A DNA stretch of 64,000 nucleotides from Lytechinus pictus (GCF_037042905.1 NC_087246.1:2606001-2670000); one strand, 5' to 3'. Counted from the stretch's first letter, positions 25,948 through 40,716 are shown. Notes: generated by a model from the letters alone, not told the origin. Numbers and translations are program-made.

Positions 25948-28900
25948 CTACATCGGAAAGTAAGTACTACACGCTTCGTTCATTTCCGCACTGTCTTCGC
26001 TAAATGTCGTCCCATTTCGGAACAAAATGTCCATGAAAAAATCCCTTGCAAGTGGTGCTTCGAGTACTATGGATAATGTCCCGATGAAAACAGCACACAA
26101 ATATATGATAAGAAATATTCTGTCGATCACCATTGCAACGATCTTCCATTCTTCTCTTGCCTGCATAAATTAGAGAAAGAATGTAATATAATTAAGAAAA
26201 TAATGTTTAATCTTTAAATAGCAGACAAGAAAACAGACATTTTAACGGAATTATAAAGTTATTTTTTACTCAGTAATGGAGCAATTGAGAGTTCATAAAA
26301 AAAGGTTCTCAGGTATGACTCCTTTGATGAATTGCGACTTATGCTAAGTAAAAAAAGAAGAAAGAGAGAACATAAAGAAGACAATGCTCGTCTGTGATAT
26401 CCTATTTACCGTTTAGATCTGTGTTGTGTCACGAATTGTATAATAGAGGGGTGGGAGAATCGCAAATTTGATTTAGACTCACCTTAGTTGCATATTCATT
26501 GTTAATACTACGTGATGTGAGGTACATGATGTCTTCTACTGTTTGCTGAGCCACCATGTACTGGAGAGGTGGCTCTTCTTGGAGTAGTGGTCGTGGCCGC
26601 TTCTTGCTAGTAGGGGTATGACTACTTGACCGAATATTGTTCTCCACATGACTGTGACCATGACCGCTGTGTGTGTTCTGCGTTAACTCATCGGGGATGA
26701 TGTAATGGGAAATAGCGTTGTTCTTTTCGTTGAACGGTGTAAAGAAACGTTCTGCTTTCATGTTCTTTTGAGCCAGCATACAGTTGAGGAGTGGCTCGAC
26801 GGCAGGATTCATATTGCCAGCGTTCATCTTGGCGTTATTTTCCTTGGGTCTTGAGTTCTTCTCTCCAGTGTAGTTGTGGGATGATTGATGTGATAGGTGG
26901 GCTATTATAGAAACAAAAAATGGTATAGCGTCCTTAAGTCAAGGATATTTGGCATATACGTACACAGCAATCTAAGGTAAATTTCTCGTTGCTCGTTAAA
27001 ACCATTACAAAAAATATTATACTAGAATATATAGGCCTATAGCGGTAAATTGCTCTATGCTGCAAGGCTGTAATTTCATTATTTCGTTAAATTGTAAAGT
27101 TATCATGACATGTGACGCATGAATTTTAAATCCAGAAAAAAAAATCTTCTTTTACACACCGAATATTGTCCCAAGCATTCCTTGTCTTGACAAGCACGTT
27201 TGAATAGTAATAGATCACCAAATCGTACAATCTTTACCAAAATAAATTTGCTTAACCGTATTAATGCTTGTCTTCAGATTATACAACGTACGCGCCAACT
27301 TTTTGTAACCAGGGGGCCGTTTCATAAAGCTGTTCGTATTAGTTAAGAGCGACTTTAAGAACGACTGGTGAACCCTTCTTACGCGCGAAACAATCGTCAA
27401 TTCAATATACCATACCACAAGAAAGGATCACCAGTCGTTCTTAACTTACGAACAGCTTTATGAAACACCCACCTGTAGTGTTACTATACCCATACCTTGC
27501 ATTAAGTCGTTGTCCGCTTCGGAGGAATGTGAAGAAGTCTCCGTCATCATGGCGTCAATGTGATTACAGGCAGCTATCGAGTCGCGTCCAGAAAGGTTCA
27601 CGCTATGGTGCAATTCTCTTTTCCTCTTCTGATTTGGACGCTGCAATCCAACAAACCTTGGCAACAAGTCAACGAAGACCGTCCTGACCCACTGTGGCAT
27701 GATGTGCGTGTACGGCGACCGATGTCGTATGTTGAGGACGAAGACGGTGAGAACGATTGAGGAAGCTACGATGGTCATGGTGAAGAGGAGATACTTGACA
27801 ATAAGAGGGAAGCTATTAGCATTGGAAGGTATGCACTGTGTGACGAGGAGGAGGAACCATACCATGGAGAGAAGGACAGAGGTACAAAGGGACATCTTGC
27901 CCGTGATGTCTGGCGGGAGGTAGAACACAAGCACCGTATTAAATGAAATAATTCCACAAGGGAGCAGTAAGTAAGCAAAGTAAAACAGAGGTTTCCTTCT
28001 TAAGACAAAGTAATATGTCACATCAACGTAGATGTCTTCGCAACATGGATATTTGACAGCGTGTCTCTCTGCAGGAGATTGAACAATCGTCCATTCTCCA
28101 TTCTCCCAATAATCTTTCTTCTCTGCGCTCTCGCTGACAGGGATGAGATCTATCTTAAGATGGTCATAAGACCAGGAACCAAACTTCATCACGCACTTCT
28201 GCTCGTCGAAGGGGAAGTACTGGACGTCGATCTTACATGCACTCTTGTAAACAGCAGGAGGGAACCAAAACACTGTTCCGTTGAAATATATGTTCGCCCA
28301 TGCATGAGATTTCATATCATACGTCCCATTTGCGCTAGGAAAAAGAGAAAATGAAAAGCATTTAATGTTTGGTTATTTTGAGAACATATTTATTTGAAAC
28401 TACAATTTATAAATAAAAATCCCAGCCCCTCAGCAAAGAAACATATCTACAATTTGTATTGTAAATAAGGCTTTTGTGACCAAGGGGAACTTAAAACCTT
28501 ACATATTTTTAATCATTTTTTTATTTCTTTTCTGACACATATTAATACATCTTTTTTTATAACATGTACTTTCAAAGCTCAATCATCGGTTCTTTTAGAA
28601 AGGGTTAGGAACCAAGGTCTCACTAGATTTTTAAGCATGACCGTCTAGCCCAGATCACACACCACTTTCCAATTATCACTCTGTGACTAATTTGACATAA
28701 CAGATAAGCATAAATCAGAGAACGGCTGACAAGCCTTTAGACCATATCATGTGATTTGTGATAATGAAAGTAGACCGGGCGGAGCTGGAAGTCTGTGAAA
28801 CACTTGTTAAATCCAATATGCGATTTGTCTCTGGGTATGCATATTCTGTAAATCATTAGGTATCAGACTATAGCTGCACGCTTTGGTATGTTTGGAGTGT

Positions 28901-30896
28901 GCCTGCAGTCCACGTACAGAAGGGAAGTTACGAATTTATGCATAGGTTCGCGCCAATGAGAGCGTCACTTTCAGTGAGCTGTTTTATCTACAAAAAGGCT
29001 TAATATTACCATGGTAACAGACAGAAACCCGTGCCTCTCGGTCAAAATAAATTTAAAAAGAGAGTCAAGCGTCACATGTTGACATAACGCTCCCCTGTTT
29101 CTTAACATGCACGTAATCACACAGTAACACATACACAATGTGACAATGATTTTGTTTCCTATCACTCAGTCACATATTGGGTACAGGAGACAATGTGATT
29201 TATAAAGAATAGAACTTGAGGTCTCCTTAGAGTCTGTGAGCAGTGTTTTTACTTACTTGTTATATATCATGATATCTGGAATCCATATTTGAGGGCTTGG
29301 GACCTTGATGTTAGTGATATTACCAAAGTCTGCTGGATCCCATGTGAAATGATAATCATGCCACATCTGCAAACAAAACATATTTAAAACGTATTCATAT
29401 CTTCATCAGGTATGACTATAGCCTTGTAACCTTCAGTCATATATAATTATTAAATAATAAGTAACTGTATTTGAATAAGAGACGAGTAAGAAGAAATTTT
29501 GTTACGGATGTATGTTTTATCTTCAAACACAAACATCAATCAAACAAAGTAACATTCGTCCAGACTAACAAAAACTGTGACACAATCCTATTATTTCTTA
29601 TGCAACTTCCAATATTCAATTAATAAGTCACGAATGACATATGTTTATTCACCAAGTGGTTAGGGATATTGAATTAATCTGTGTTTTAATTAATCATATT
29701 TCATATCGTCGAAATGGTATGGCACTATTCCTTTTTATCGTGTGGATGTGTGTGTATGTATATAAGGGTGTGTGTGTGTGAATGAAATGTGACTGTATTC
29801 CTAGGTATACACTAATGTAAATAGATTTACTGCAGAGGAAGCGATGGCCTAAGATACCTAAGATGGTTTATGAACTGATGAAGTAAACAGGTTTGTGTGC
29901 TTTTCAATTGCCCCCACCCACTTACAGCATTCACACAGTGTTCAGTATTCTATGGGGTTAAACATCTTTTACTTACTTGTTTCATCCAAACCTTGGATGT
30001 TAAAACCTGTTTTTTCTCATCCTGTAGAAAAGGGAAAAACAATGAAAAAATGAATAATATGTTCGTAATTTTAAACTACATACAATAAAAATAAATCTGC
30101 GAGATGAATTTGACCATGGTAAGAAATAAGAATATGAATTTTTGACATCTGCGTTGAACTACATTGACATCTTTATGGTTTATCTTTCATTTTAACTTTT
30201 GAGATTGATCTGCTTGCTGCTGCTGCTTCTGGAGTTAACCAATCGATAAAAGAGGGGATAAAATTACTATCTAATTTACTATTGCATACAACAGATCAGA
30301 ACAACTGGTACTTCCAAATAATCCGAACTGCTTTTTATGGTATGACGAAGGCCTACAATACAAAATTATAAGTTGATATCGTGATCGTGATATATTCACC
30401 ATGTACACGGGATACCAGACAAAATTAACATGTTCAGATGTTTTGGGAAATCGTTTCCCTTCAAGGATAAATTTAGATGAGGGTAGTAAAATACCATTAA
30501 CTACGAAATCAAACAATATATGCGTAATTTTTAAAATTGACCTACCAATGTGCCATCCCATTGGAATAACCATGGACCTACTACTCTATATTACCTTTTT
30601 TCTTCACGGAGTTCCGAAGTTTGTTACTCGATATTGTTTGTATCTTACTAGTTGCATTTTCCGGTGATCGTGTTGCGTTGTACTGTTTAATGAAATATTT
30701 CCTTTCACGTCTATTGCTCCTGGTAAAAAATACAGTTTTAAAAAACTACTCACCACATCTACTATTTGAGAGATTGCAAGCCCGAACCAAATGAAGAGAA
30801 CATCAGAAGCATTTTTATTTGGAAGAGCCCATTGGTTGTAGTCTGGTGGGAAGAGATGTTCTCGGAGGCGTTCTTCTGAGGATGAAGCACAGCAAC
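25948..30896 (-). CDS. Nicotinic acetylcholine receptor alpha-type subunit (Cys-loop ligand-gated ion channel); about 589 aa in six exons, signal-peptide exon not located
   Basis: Exons in transcript order: 30896-30754, 30021-29977 (45 bp), 29366-29257 (110 bp), 28334-27496, 26901-26483, 26160-25948; all GT-AG with consistent phases. Motifs: EERLREHL, WIPDIMIYNN (loop A), Cys-loop CKIDVQYFPFDEQKC, FGSWSY (loop B), YPCCEDIY (loop C vicinal cysteines, defining alpha), RRKPLFY-TM1, TM2, TM3, HRSP, EEWKIVAMVIDR-TM4. Confidence 0.95.
27310..27475. mobile_element. Short palindromic MITE in a nAChR intron
   Basis: Inverted arms gtttcataaagctgttcgta / tacgaacagctttatgaaac and aagaacgactggtga / tcaccagtcgttctt, bounded by CAGG and CCTG. 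Confidence 0.8.
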
Positions 30897-31136
30897 CTGC
30901 AGATAGATGGACAGAGAGGGAAAACAAATAAAATTTGTATTAAATATGCTATGCGGATTGCACAATTTTAACCCCCAAAATTAATGTCCACGATGTTTTA
31001 GAGGTTGGTATTTGATTGCTCTAGCATCCATTGGCGGCAATCCCAGGAGTGATTTTTTTCTTCTTTCCGATGAAAACTAATCACTCTTCCTCATGCATAA
31101 AATTAAATATAAGTAATTATCTGAATTCGTGATCAG

Positions 31137-31264
31137 ATTTGCCCATTGTCTTAGTTTATTGAGTTTGTGACATGGTTTAATGGTATTTTAAATCCACCAA
31201 TAAGTATATACATTTATACTCAAACCATGTCACAAACTCAAATTAAGTAACACACTGGGCAAAT
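31137..31264. repeat. Inverted repeat (hairpin; probable MITE remnant)
   Basis: ttgagtttgtgacatggttt pairs with aaaccatgtcacaaactcaa (20 bp exact); outer atttgccca pairs with tgggcaaat. Confidence 0.75.
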
Positions 31265-34200
31265 ATGAAAATGGATTCGGAGAAAACCTGGCTAGTTCAT
31301 GAGCAAACAGGTTGATCTTTCCTTTAAATCTTTTCTGCTCTACTGACAACACTCGACATCAATAGACAGAGCAGGTGCAGCATACGTGAATATTAGATTT
31401 TCGAGGAGGAAAAAAACTACGTCCATACATATCTGTTCCTTTGCATTTCACAACATACACGTACGTAGTGCTTTGCAAAATACGAACAAGTTTACACTCG
31501 GCTACTGTTTTTCGTGCATAATTTAATTTTGCACTTTAAATGATATATTTTAAGCCAGCGATCATGTGATAATTATGATCTGCGTTGGCGTGTTTGATGC
31601 TTCCATTATTTCATTTCTTTGAGTTGTTTCTTCTGTGCGACAGAAGGCCTCATAAAAAGGAAGGCTTTTTATTTGAATCTTTATATCCATTTCAAATTGA
31701 TTCAAATAGAGTCACTTTATCTTTTTTCATATTTACGATTTGTTAATGGAGGAACCAATACGCACAACGTGAAGCACACGGTGAAGCACACCCCCGTCAT
31801 TGACTCCAGCAAAATAACTTTCAATATTATGCCATTATATGTCCTTGCCGCCTCCTCCCTATCAAATATCTAACCTCCCACAAGCATGTATGCATGTATG
31901 CTATAATTCCCAACCCTATGCCCGAGGCCTGTTCCCTTCTCTTTCAGCATAAATTCTGTGATCCGCCATTTTCTAGCTACAGCTCTTGTTTGTCTTCTAT
32001 CTACGTGCCTAACTACCAATCCATCTCATTCAGATACGAGGACAGGTGGAAATTTGTAGATGGACCCAAAAGATATTCCTCTATTACCTCTTCCGCGGGC
32101 CTTGCATGTCTTATATTACATGATTCAACAACGTGAATTCAAAATGGAGATTGTCGAGTTATATAGCCATTCATTTTATATGCTGTAGATCATTGCGAGG
32201 GAAGATTGATAATATCTATGTATTTTCTAAGAATGAAATGTACGAAAACAATTGTCAAGGAAGGAAATGAAAATCAATATGCACACAAATCCGCACACAT
32301 ACACCCTCTCTCAAAATACGCCAGCCCATACAAGAGAAGAGACAATATTGCCTTGCTGCGACCGGATGATCTCTGTAAAAATCCTTTGGGTTGTTCTATT
32401 ACATAATTCGTAGCTAACTGGTTTGAATATCAGCAGCTTTTTAAATGGAAAAAAAATTACATTAATAAAGCACAAATCTTATTTTTGCAACTTAATTTCT
32501 AAGTACTAATATTCGAGTGATACAGACATAGTTATGATCAAAAGTTTTGATACGTTTTCTGTATACGTTGATATCAAAGCAAATGCGAACCAATAGCCTG
32601 GTTAAGCAACATCTAAAGTTCTCAACTACTCTAATCTGTCCAGGTTCCTAACCCATAATGAAAACATTCTAAGCACTGTAATTTTGTATGAATAAAAAAG
32701 ATACTTGAACAACGCACTCAATGCATTAATAAGACAAATAAATGATTAAAATGTTACCAAGTAGCAATAGTTATCTCAAAAAGTATATTTGTTAAGCCTA
32801 GCTATTAATAACACTTAAATATTATATCGTTTGCCAGTTCGATCTCCCTTTATTTCCCGATATCGTTCCATTGGTAGGCTCTCAATCTATATTGAGGTGT
32901 CTTGGTCTTTGCAACTACGAATATTACAGAATTATACGTCGCAAGCGAATATTTACTTAATCCATCCACGACATGTTTTCCCCACTGATGTATATCGATT
33001 TATTGCCTTACAAGACGGGTCCTCGTGTTTTGTGCTCAAATTAATTTCATCCTTCGGCTGATACAACACCTGATGTCGTTAGATTGAGGTAATTTATTGA
33101 ATTTCGGTTTATGTTAACGAATTAGCAAAAATTCATCTATAATTTTCCAAATCCAAACAGAATCAAGCAATATTTTTTTATTTTGTATTTCATTAAGGGT
33201 GTTGTATTTTTGACAGAAATTGAAAAGTATCTTTCATTACAGCTTTGATTAACTCTGTGGATCCTTTTTGTGGTTGTTGTCGCTGTTTTTATTGTTAATG
33301 TGTTTTCTGTGGGGGTGGGTCACATCCTGACATCAAGCAAAATATTAATACATACATATATACATACATACATGCTGCATCATCGACAAGGGCTGGTTAG
33401 AAGGCTTTTTAAAGGTAAATAGTCAATGCCTTATTGCCACTTTAAATACTTTACTCATTCTTGCGTTTATATCACTTCGAATCCATCATGCAAGTCATTT
33501 TGTCTCATCTTTTTTTCAGAATGGTGTGATACTTATTCTGTCTATCCCATGGCACCACTCCCATATCCCTACACATGTATTTTGAAATTTCCTCCCCATT
33601 GTTCTGCTTTTGTATTTAATGTAAACTGTGTTATTGGTTTTCTTTTATATCATGATCTTGCCTATGTAAAGTGGACCATTCTTCATGTTGATCCGATACG
33701 TTTTTCATAAGTATTCATAATTACACACATTTCTCTTTTTATCCCTATCTACGTAATCCCTATTAGAAACTTTTTACGTTTTGGTTTATCTCTTACATCA
33801 TCTATACTGTTGTTCCAAAGCAGAAACATTGCAACATCGTTTTAGTTCAACTTTTGAAAATAATGGAATCATTTAAATGAGCATACTACTTTGAATCATT
33901 ATTTTACCACCACTCTTCCATTTCACTTTCTTAACTGGACGCCTCTTTCACTTTCTTGATTATATGCCAATTACGTTATTATTATTTTTCAAACTTTGTA
34001 CATTGAAGGAAGAGATTTTTGGCTAACGTATGATATCAGTCTATTCCTTTTCTCCTCTTGAAATTCCCTCTATGTTAGTTTCTCATTGCCCCCCCCCCCC
34101 CTCCTTCCCCGGCACAACGCTTACAATCTCCAATGCCATCGGTTCTAGTCATCATCTCAACCCGATGACAAGAGAGCTCACACTCCTGTTATGAGTGCCT

Positions 34201-37200
34201 CTTCTTTAATTGAAAAGATAACATGGTGATGTCGGACTGCAGACCCTCTTCGGCAAGGCGCATTAGCGTCATTGGAATCGATCGCCATTTCTCGACACAT
34301 AATTAAGAAGAGATACAAAACGAAACTGACAAACAAGAAATGAATCAGGAGAGATAATCTTCTGAAATGTTAGGAGCTATATCCCTGATTGCCATAAAGT
34401 CTTTAGTCTTCTAACTAAGTACTAGAAACCAAAGAAGATATTGGATTTCACTAGCATGGCTAGATAGACGAGATAATAAACAGTGCGTCCCCATATTGCA
34501 TGTATTTAAAAATGGAATAAAAGTACAATAAGTGAATATACTCTCTAAAATTTCACTAAAATGTTTGTTACAGGCTGAAACAGAAATGCCTATCCCATGT
34601 ACTTGACAACTCCGTTATATCCGTCCATGGTTGTTAACAAAACGCTCTACCGAGATCATTTTATATGAAGAAAGGGAATGATATATGATTCATCTTGGTT
34701 TTTTTTTAAATTTAATCTGTAAGTCACCTGTCTGATGTACATTGATTTTGCTCTAATCATCATATTACAACTTTCAGATAATAAACTATTACAATGTATT
34801 ATGAGGTATGAGATGTTGATATGTCTTGGACTTCACACGTTAAAATAGTACCTTTAATTCGCATCCGGACAATTAGCTGTCATGAGAAACAACTGTGTTA
34901 TTACAGAAGCAGGTGCGTATTTACATTTTCAATTAGAGGCGGTTTCGAAGTTGAACACTCATTAATGATTGTGACATATTGCAAGTATCCCTTGGAAGTC
35001 AATTGACGTTTTCAATTACGATTGCGGCAACGCACAATCGTGTTCCCTGCTAGATACACACACGCACACATTCTGATATATGTGTTACGCATCCCGATCG
35101 GGTAGAAGGGTATATTCAACAACCAATAAAAAAGAGAGTGTGACAGAGTGTACCGCGTCGCATGTGCAAAGATAATGCGCCTGTAATTTGTGCGTGATGT
35201 GACGAGTGTGTGCTTTCATATTTAACACCTGACAGCTTTTTTTGCAGGGGTGTGAAGGTTTGGGTGTTAATGTAATGGTTTGCATGAGAGGCTGTGAATG
35301 CGTATTGGTTTGTCGAGAGAGCAAGAAAGTGTAAAATATAGGATGCAAAATAAGAGGCAGAAATTGAGATTAAGAGAGAGGGGGAGGGGGAGAAAATGTG
35401 AAATGTGAGAAAAACAAAGAAATAGGGAAGAGGGAGGCGAATGCCTGATACAGCACAATACTTCAATACTCCACATGGAAAGAGCCACCCCATATCTTTA
35501 TCCCCAGCTAGTATATTGGACCGCATGCATTGTAATTTGGTTATCTAATTAATGAGAAAGCTTTCAAGTGAGCGCTTGTTCTATTCCAGGTATTTTTCTG
35601 AAGTAGGACCTTAATGCTGGAGATGTTTGAGAAGCAAATGGTAGAGGTCTTTACGGTGAAAAGGTTGAATTAAAATGAGCGATGCATGAAGATGATTCCA
35701 ATTTCACTCTTTATTCATGATGTATCGTATTCAATTTTCATTCAGATATTAAGGAGTACCGCCAATAACCTGGAATTTCTGTAAAATATCTATAAAAAAA
35801 ACATTGAGAAAAATATCGACAGGTCGAGAACAAAATTGTGGACCACGCTATATACTATCATTTTTGATCTGCAAGCTAACCCAAGCTTCGTTGTTTTTTT
35901 TTGTGGGTAATGCAAGAACCGTTGAAATAAATTGCATCTAGAATCCCTTTATCCGCAACTGATGTTAATGTTGTAAATACATGTATTTTGATGTGTAGAA
36001 AACCCCTTTTTTCAATGTCTTCTATAATTGTGATATTGAGTGATAATGGTGTCAGAAAAGCGACTGATTCCCAGGAAATATTTAAATTATAAACTACTCA
36101 CTCATACCTCGAAGTGACTATTCAAGTTAATAACTTTGTAACATTGTACCCAAAAACATATGAATAGAAAACAAGACTCAAGGGAAATTGTAGACACCTA
36201 TACCCGACTGATGTGCAATTATAAAACAAATAAATTATGTGTCATTGCTAGAAAGCCCGTCTGCATACAATTATAATTTTTTTATGTGCACCGAGCGACA
36301 ATAATATTTCCCACTGCATCTCACTTCCACCTAAGCCGAATGAGGCATGTCCAAACTAATATCAATATTCCCAGAAGAGAGGATATTAATTGATGAATGT
36401 AAACTTTTTCCTCAAAATTCGTGCTTTTCCCTTGAAATGCTTAAGATGGCGTGCGTGTTGTCCTCGGTATTTATGGCACGTTTTCAACATTGACATCTAG
36501 CAGTGATCAGAAATATACCTACATTCTCATTATTTTGTTGAATGTATTATTCCATCTCCACCCTCCTTCTTCATGTTCCTTTCTTTTGCGAAGTTTTAAA
36601 TCATTTGTGACCACCTTAAAGACAAATTCCCTATAGTTTCAATAGGCCTTGCACAATACGCATATTTCACGCTTGAGTTAACGACCAACTCCATACTTTT
36701 TATTATTCCCTATATTTCACTCTCCCAAGACTATTTTACATTAAATACGATAGGTCTTAATATGGCCAGGTATAATGAAGTTTGCGATCTTAGCTGGGCG
36801 GTCACATTGATGGTGCAAAGGGGAGTAGAGGCTACAGGATTCTAATATGCTTCGTTTTCAATCTACGGTAGATCTGAAGATAGTGCAACTTTCCTTTAAT
36901 GAACGATTCCACTCAACATCAAGAGGGGTTATGTAAAACATTGATTTGATTGATTTATAATTTATCATTCAAGTATTTCTAACCAGAAAATGATAACTTG
37001 ATAATGATCATAACTTATTCTTATATAGCGCTTTTCATGAGAGAAAAGTGCTTTACAATGTAGAAAATATAAAAATTGTGCATTAGAAATTATAAGGCAA
37101 AAAATAAAAATATCACGGTCACTGTAAATGCTTGAAGTTCAAATCATCATTCAGTTTTTCTCAAAGTTTACAGTATTTGTGAAACAATTATATTTCGAAC

Positions 37201-39524
37201 ATTATATAGACCTACTCTGTTGAATAAAATCCATAGACTATACATTTGACGTGGCAAATATAATCAATGAATCAATTTACATGATGTCATTTGTAGAAAG
37301 CATGACCAGCGACAGTACAATTTGAGCTTCTTATTTAAGCTAACAACAAGGTGTAAATGAACTCATCAATAATACAATCGTCGTTTTTATGAGCTGAGGA
37401 GAAATAGAAGATGGAGATATAATCTCTTAACGTTTATCACACCCAGACCACCAGTAATAATTCATCTCTAACCTGGGGTGTCAATTTTTATGAAAGCGAT
37501 CACCTGACCTAAACGTTGTGGTTTCTCCCTGATCGTCATGACCTAGCGGCCCGGGAAATTACCCCCGATAATTTCATCGGACTATGTTTAACAGCAGTAA
37601 TTTCCCGCGCATGCCTGTGTGCCAAACATACTGCCATAGACATAATACATGTTATGAAATGCTTGCATTCCTTTGTGCACCCTTGTGTCGACAGGTTTAC
37701 TATTTCCAAGGTTTATAAACTAGTTTTTATTCTCGTTTACATTTGATACGATGCATAAAGGTGGGTCCTATTTGACGAAGCTGATGTGTTTTAATGTGTT
37801 ATTTTAGGTAAGAACACAATCTGGACAGGTTGGTTATGTCCGTACAAGATATGATCTGATACACAAGGGAAAAGCGCGCCAGTTAAATGAGGGCATTACA
37901 CTATCGTTCCCTATTTGGTATCATCATCGTGTACTTTTCATCACTTAATGGCCAATTCATAACGAATATGGGGCGAATATATGATCGTTATATGACCGGC
38001 TAATACCTCGTAAGGAATGGGATAGAATGGTTAATCTGTCGTAAACCAGGAACAGGGGAATTTGTTGAATACTGCAGGACCATGAAATAATCTATATTCT
38101 GGTATATTTTTCAAAGCCTTACAGACGAGGGTTTCAGGTAGACAAGGGAATAAGAAGAAGAATAAAAGAAAATTAATTAACAGTCTGAATTAACAGACAA
38201 TTACGTCTTTTTAATATAAAATTCATTGCTCTAGATTTATGATATAACCATGGAAGCCTGCATTAAAACCCGCAAGGTTTTTAATTTGCACCGAGGTTTA
38301 AGATGTTTTCCATATCCCCCACACTAATTTATCGTACTGCATCAGTTTTTGGACGCCAAGAGCTGTACGAGCTACTTATATTTAATGGTGTTCAAACACA
38401 CTCGTCAAGCAATAAGAGGGAGCAGAGCCCGGGGCGAAGGGAAAGTCCAACTCTTTTAGGGGGGGCGGGTATTCATTATATTAAGGGCTTGGAATTTATT
38501 TTCTTTTGACCAAAGGGAAACCCGTAACTTTGTTGACATTGAGACATTTGATGATGATTATCAAGATATTTATCTTTTGGAATTAATGTGGTTCATGAAA
38601 TATAATTTTTGTTTTTGATATAAGTTCCAAAATAAATCTTTAAAACTGGTTAAAAAGTCATAGTTCTCAAAACATCATTATCGCTCTTCCATTTAGTTTT
38701 ATCAAAGTAATGAGATTTTGACTATTAGATGTGTTCGTTCCCTGAAACATATGAATTAAAAAGCTATTCAACCCATGTCAATTTTCTCCTGAGTACGCAG
38801 GAGATTTTCTTTTGATTTCCCCCCTTGCATTTTTTTTTTAATTTCTTTTTGGACAAGTGGATCTTTAATATCATAGGCCCTATACTGTGAAAGCAAAATA
38901 TAAAACAAAAAACCCATTTTCCAGTATACACTCATCTTTGTAATAGCTCGGCACTTCGCTCCGCCATTAAAGGCCAATAAAGGCAATCTTCTTTTCAAAA
39001 GGTGCTGAAAGCTTTCTCACTTGAAGACCTCTTAGAGGAATGAATCAACGAGGCATATACTAGAATAAAATATAGCCGTGGGTAGAAAATATTACAGTAT
39101 GTATATTCATTCGAAGATTGGCAGACTTTTTGGCTATTCTTGCCATGTCCTTGCGAGCACATATGACTCTCTACATGATTAGATGACATGAATACTTCGA
39201 CATAATGAGCATAAATATCAAAAGGTTAGATTCTGCCAAGTGATATGAAAAAAGGGATTAATGTTATTACAGAAGGATATGACTTCCAGTTTGCTTCCTA
39301 TGAGGAATGTATTTAGCGAAGGATATTTTCTTTATTACGCTATTTTGTTGATGAATTACTTAAAATAGGAACATAAATGACCATTGAGCAGAATATCGTC
39401 TGGTCTTCGATCTTTCCCAACCATCTATAAATGTCCTTCAATAGGTTATAATCATGATATAAATTATTTTCAATGAGGTATTCAAATAAACCACCCAGTT
39501 GTTGAGATAATTAGAAAAAGTGAT

Positions 39525-40711
39525 CCGATGATGATATCATGGATCTCGTCAAGTCTTCATCCTGTAAAAAAGATGATCAGATGCCATGATCTTGGATCTC
39601 GTCATGTCTGCATGCTGTAAAAGAGATGATCAGATGCCATGATCTCGGATCTCGTTAAGTCTGCCTCCTGTAAAAGAGATAATCAGATGCCATGATCTCG
39701 AATCTCGTCAAGTCTGCATCATGTAAAAGAGATGATCAGATGCCATGATCTCGGATCTCGTCATGTCTGCATGCTGTAAAAAAGATGATCAGATGCCATG
39801 ATCTTGGATCTCGTCAAGTCTGCCTCCTGTAAAAGAGATGATCAAATGCCATGATCTTGCATCTTGTCATGTCTGCATTCTGTAAAAGAGATAATCAGAT
39901 GCTATGATCTCGGATCTCGTCATGTCTGCATCCTGTAAAAAAGATGATCAGATGCCATGATCTTGGATCTCGTCAAGTCTGCCTCCTGTAAAAGAGATGA
40001 TCAAATGCCATGATCTTGCATCTTGTCATGTCTGCATTCTGTAAAAGAGATAATCAGATGCTATGATCTCGGATCTCGTCATGTCTGCATCCTGTAAAAG
40101 AGATGATCAGATGCCATGATCTCGTCATGTCTGCATCCTGTAAAAGAGATGATCAGATGCCATGATCTCGGGTCTCGTCATGTCTGCATGCTGTAAAAAA
40201 GATGATCAGATGCAATGATCTTGGATCTCGTCAAGTCTGCATCCTTTAAAAGAGATGATCAAATGCCATGATCTAGCATCTTGTCATGTCTGCATTCTGT
40301 AAAAGAGATAATCAGATGCTATGATCTCGGATCTCGTCATGTCTGCATCCTGTAAAAGAGATGATCAGATGCCATGATCTTGGATCTCGTCAAGTCTGCC
40401 TCCTGTAAAAGAGATGATCAAATGCCATGATCTTGCATCTTGTCATGTCTGCATTCTGTAAAAGAGATAATCAGATGCTATGATCTCGGATCTCGTCATG
40501 TCTGCATCCTGTAAAAGAGATGATCAGATGCCATGATCTCGTCATGTCTGCATCCTGTAAAAGAGATTATCAGATGCCATGATCTCGGGTCTCGTCATGT
40601 CTGCATGCTGTAAAAAAGATGATCAGATGCAATGAACTTGGATCTCGTCAAGTCTACATCCTTTAAAAGAGATGATCAGATACCCTATTATTGGATCTCG
40701 TCAAGTCTACA
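39525..40711. repeat. Minisatellite, 53-bp GATC-rich unit, about 22 copies, with higher-order structure
   Basis: Consensus about gatgatcagatgccatgatctYggatctcgtcaWgtctgcatcctgtaaaaRa. A unit with a 7-bp deletion recurs at 40115 and 40532 (417 bp apart). Confidence 0.95.
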
Positions 40712-40716
40712 TCGCG

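Noticed and set aside
39525..40711. CRISPR-like array
   Set aside because: Units are contiguous with no unique spacers, there are no cas genes and the context is eukaryotic; it is a minisatellite.
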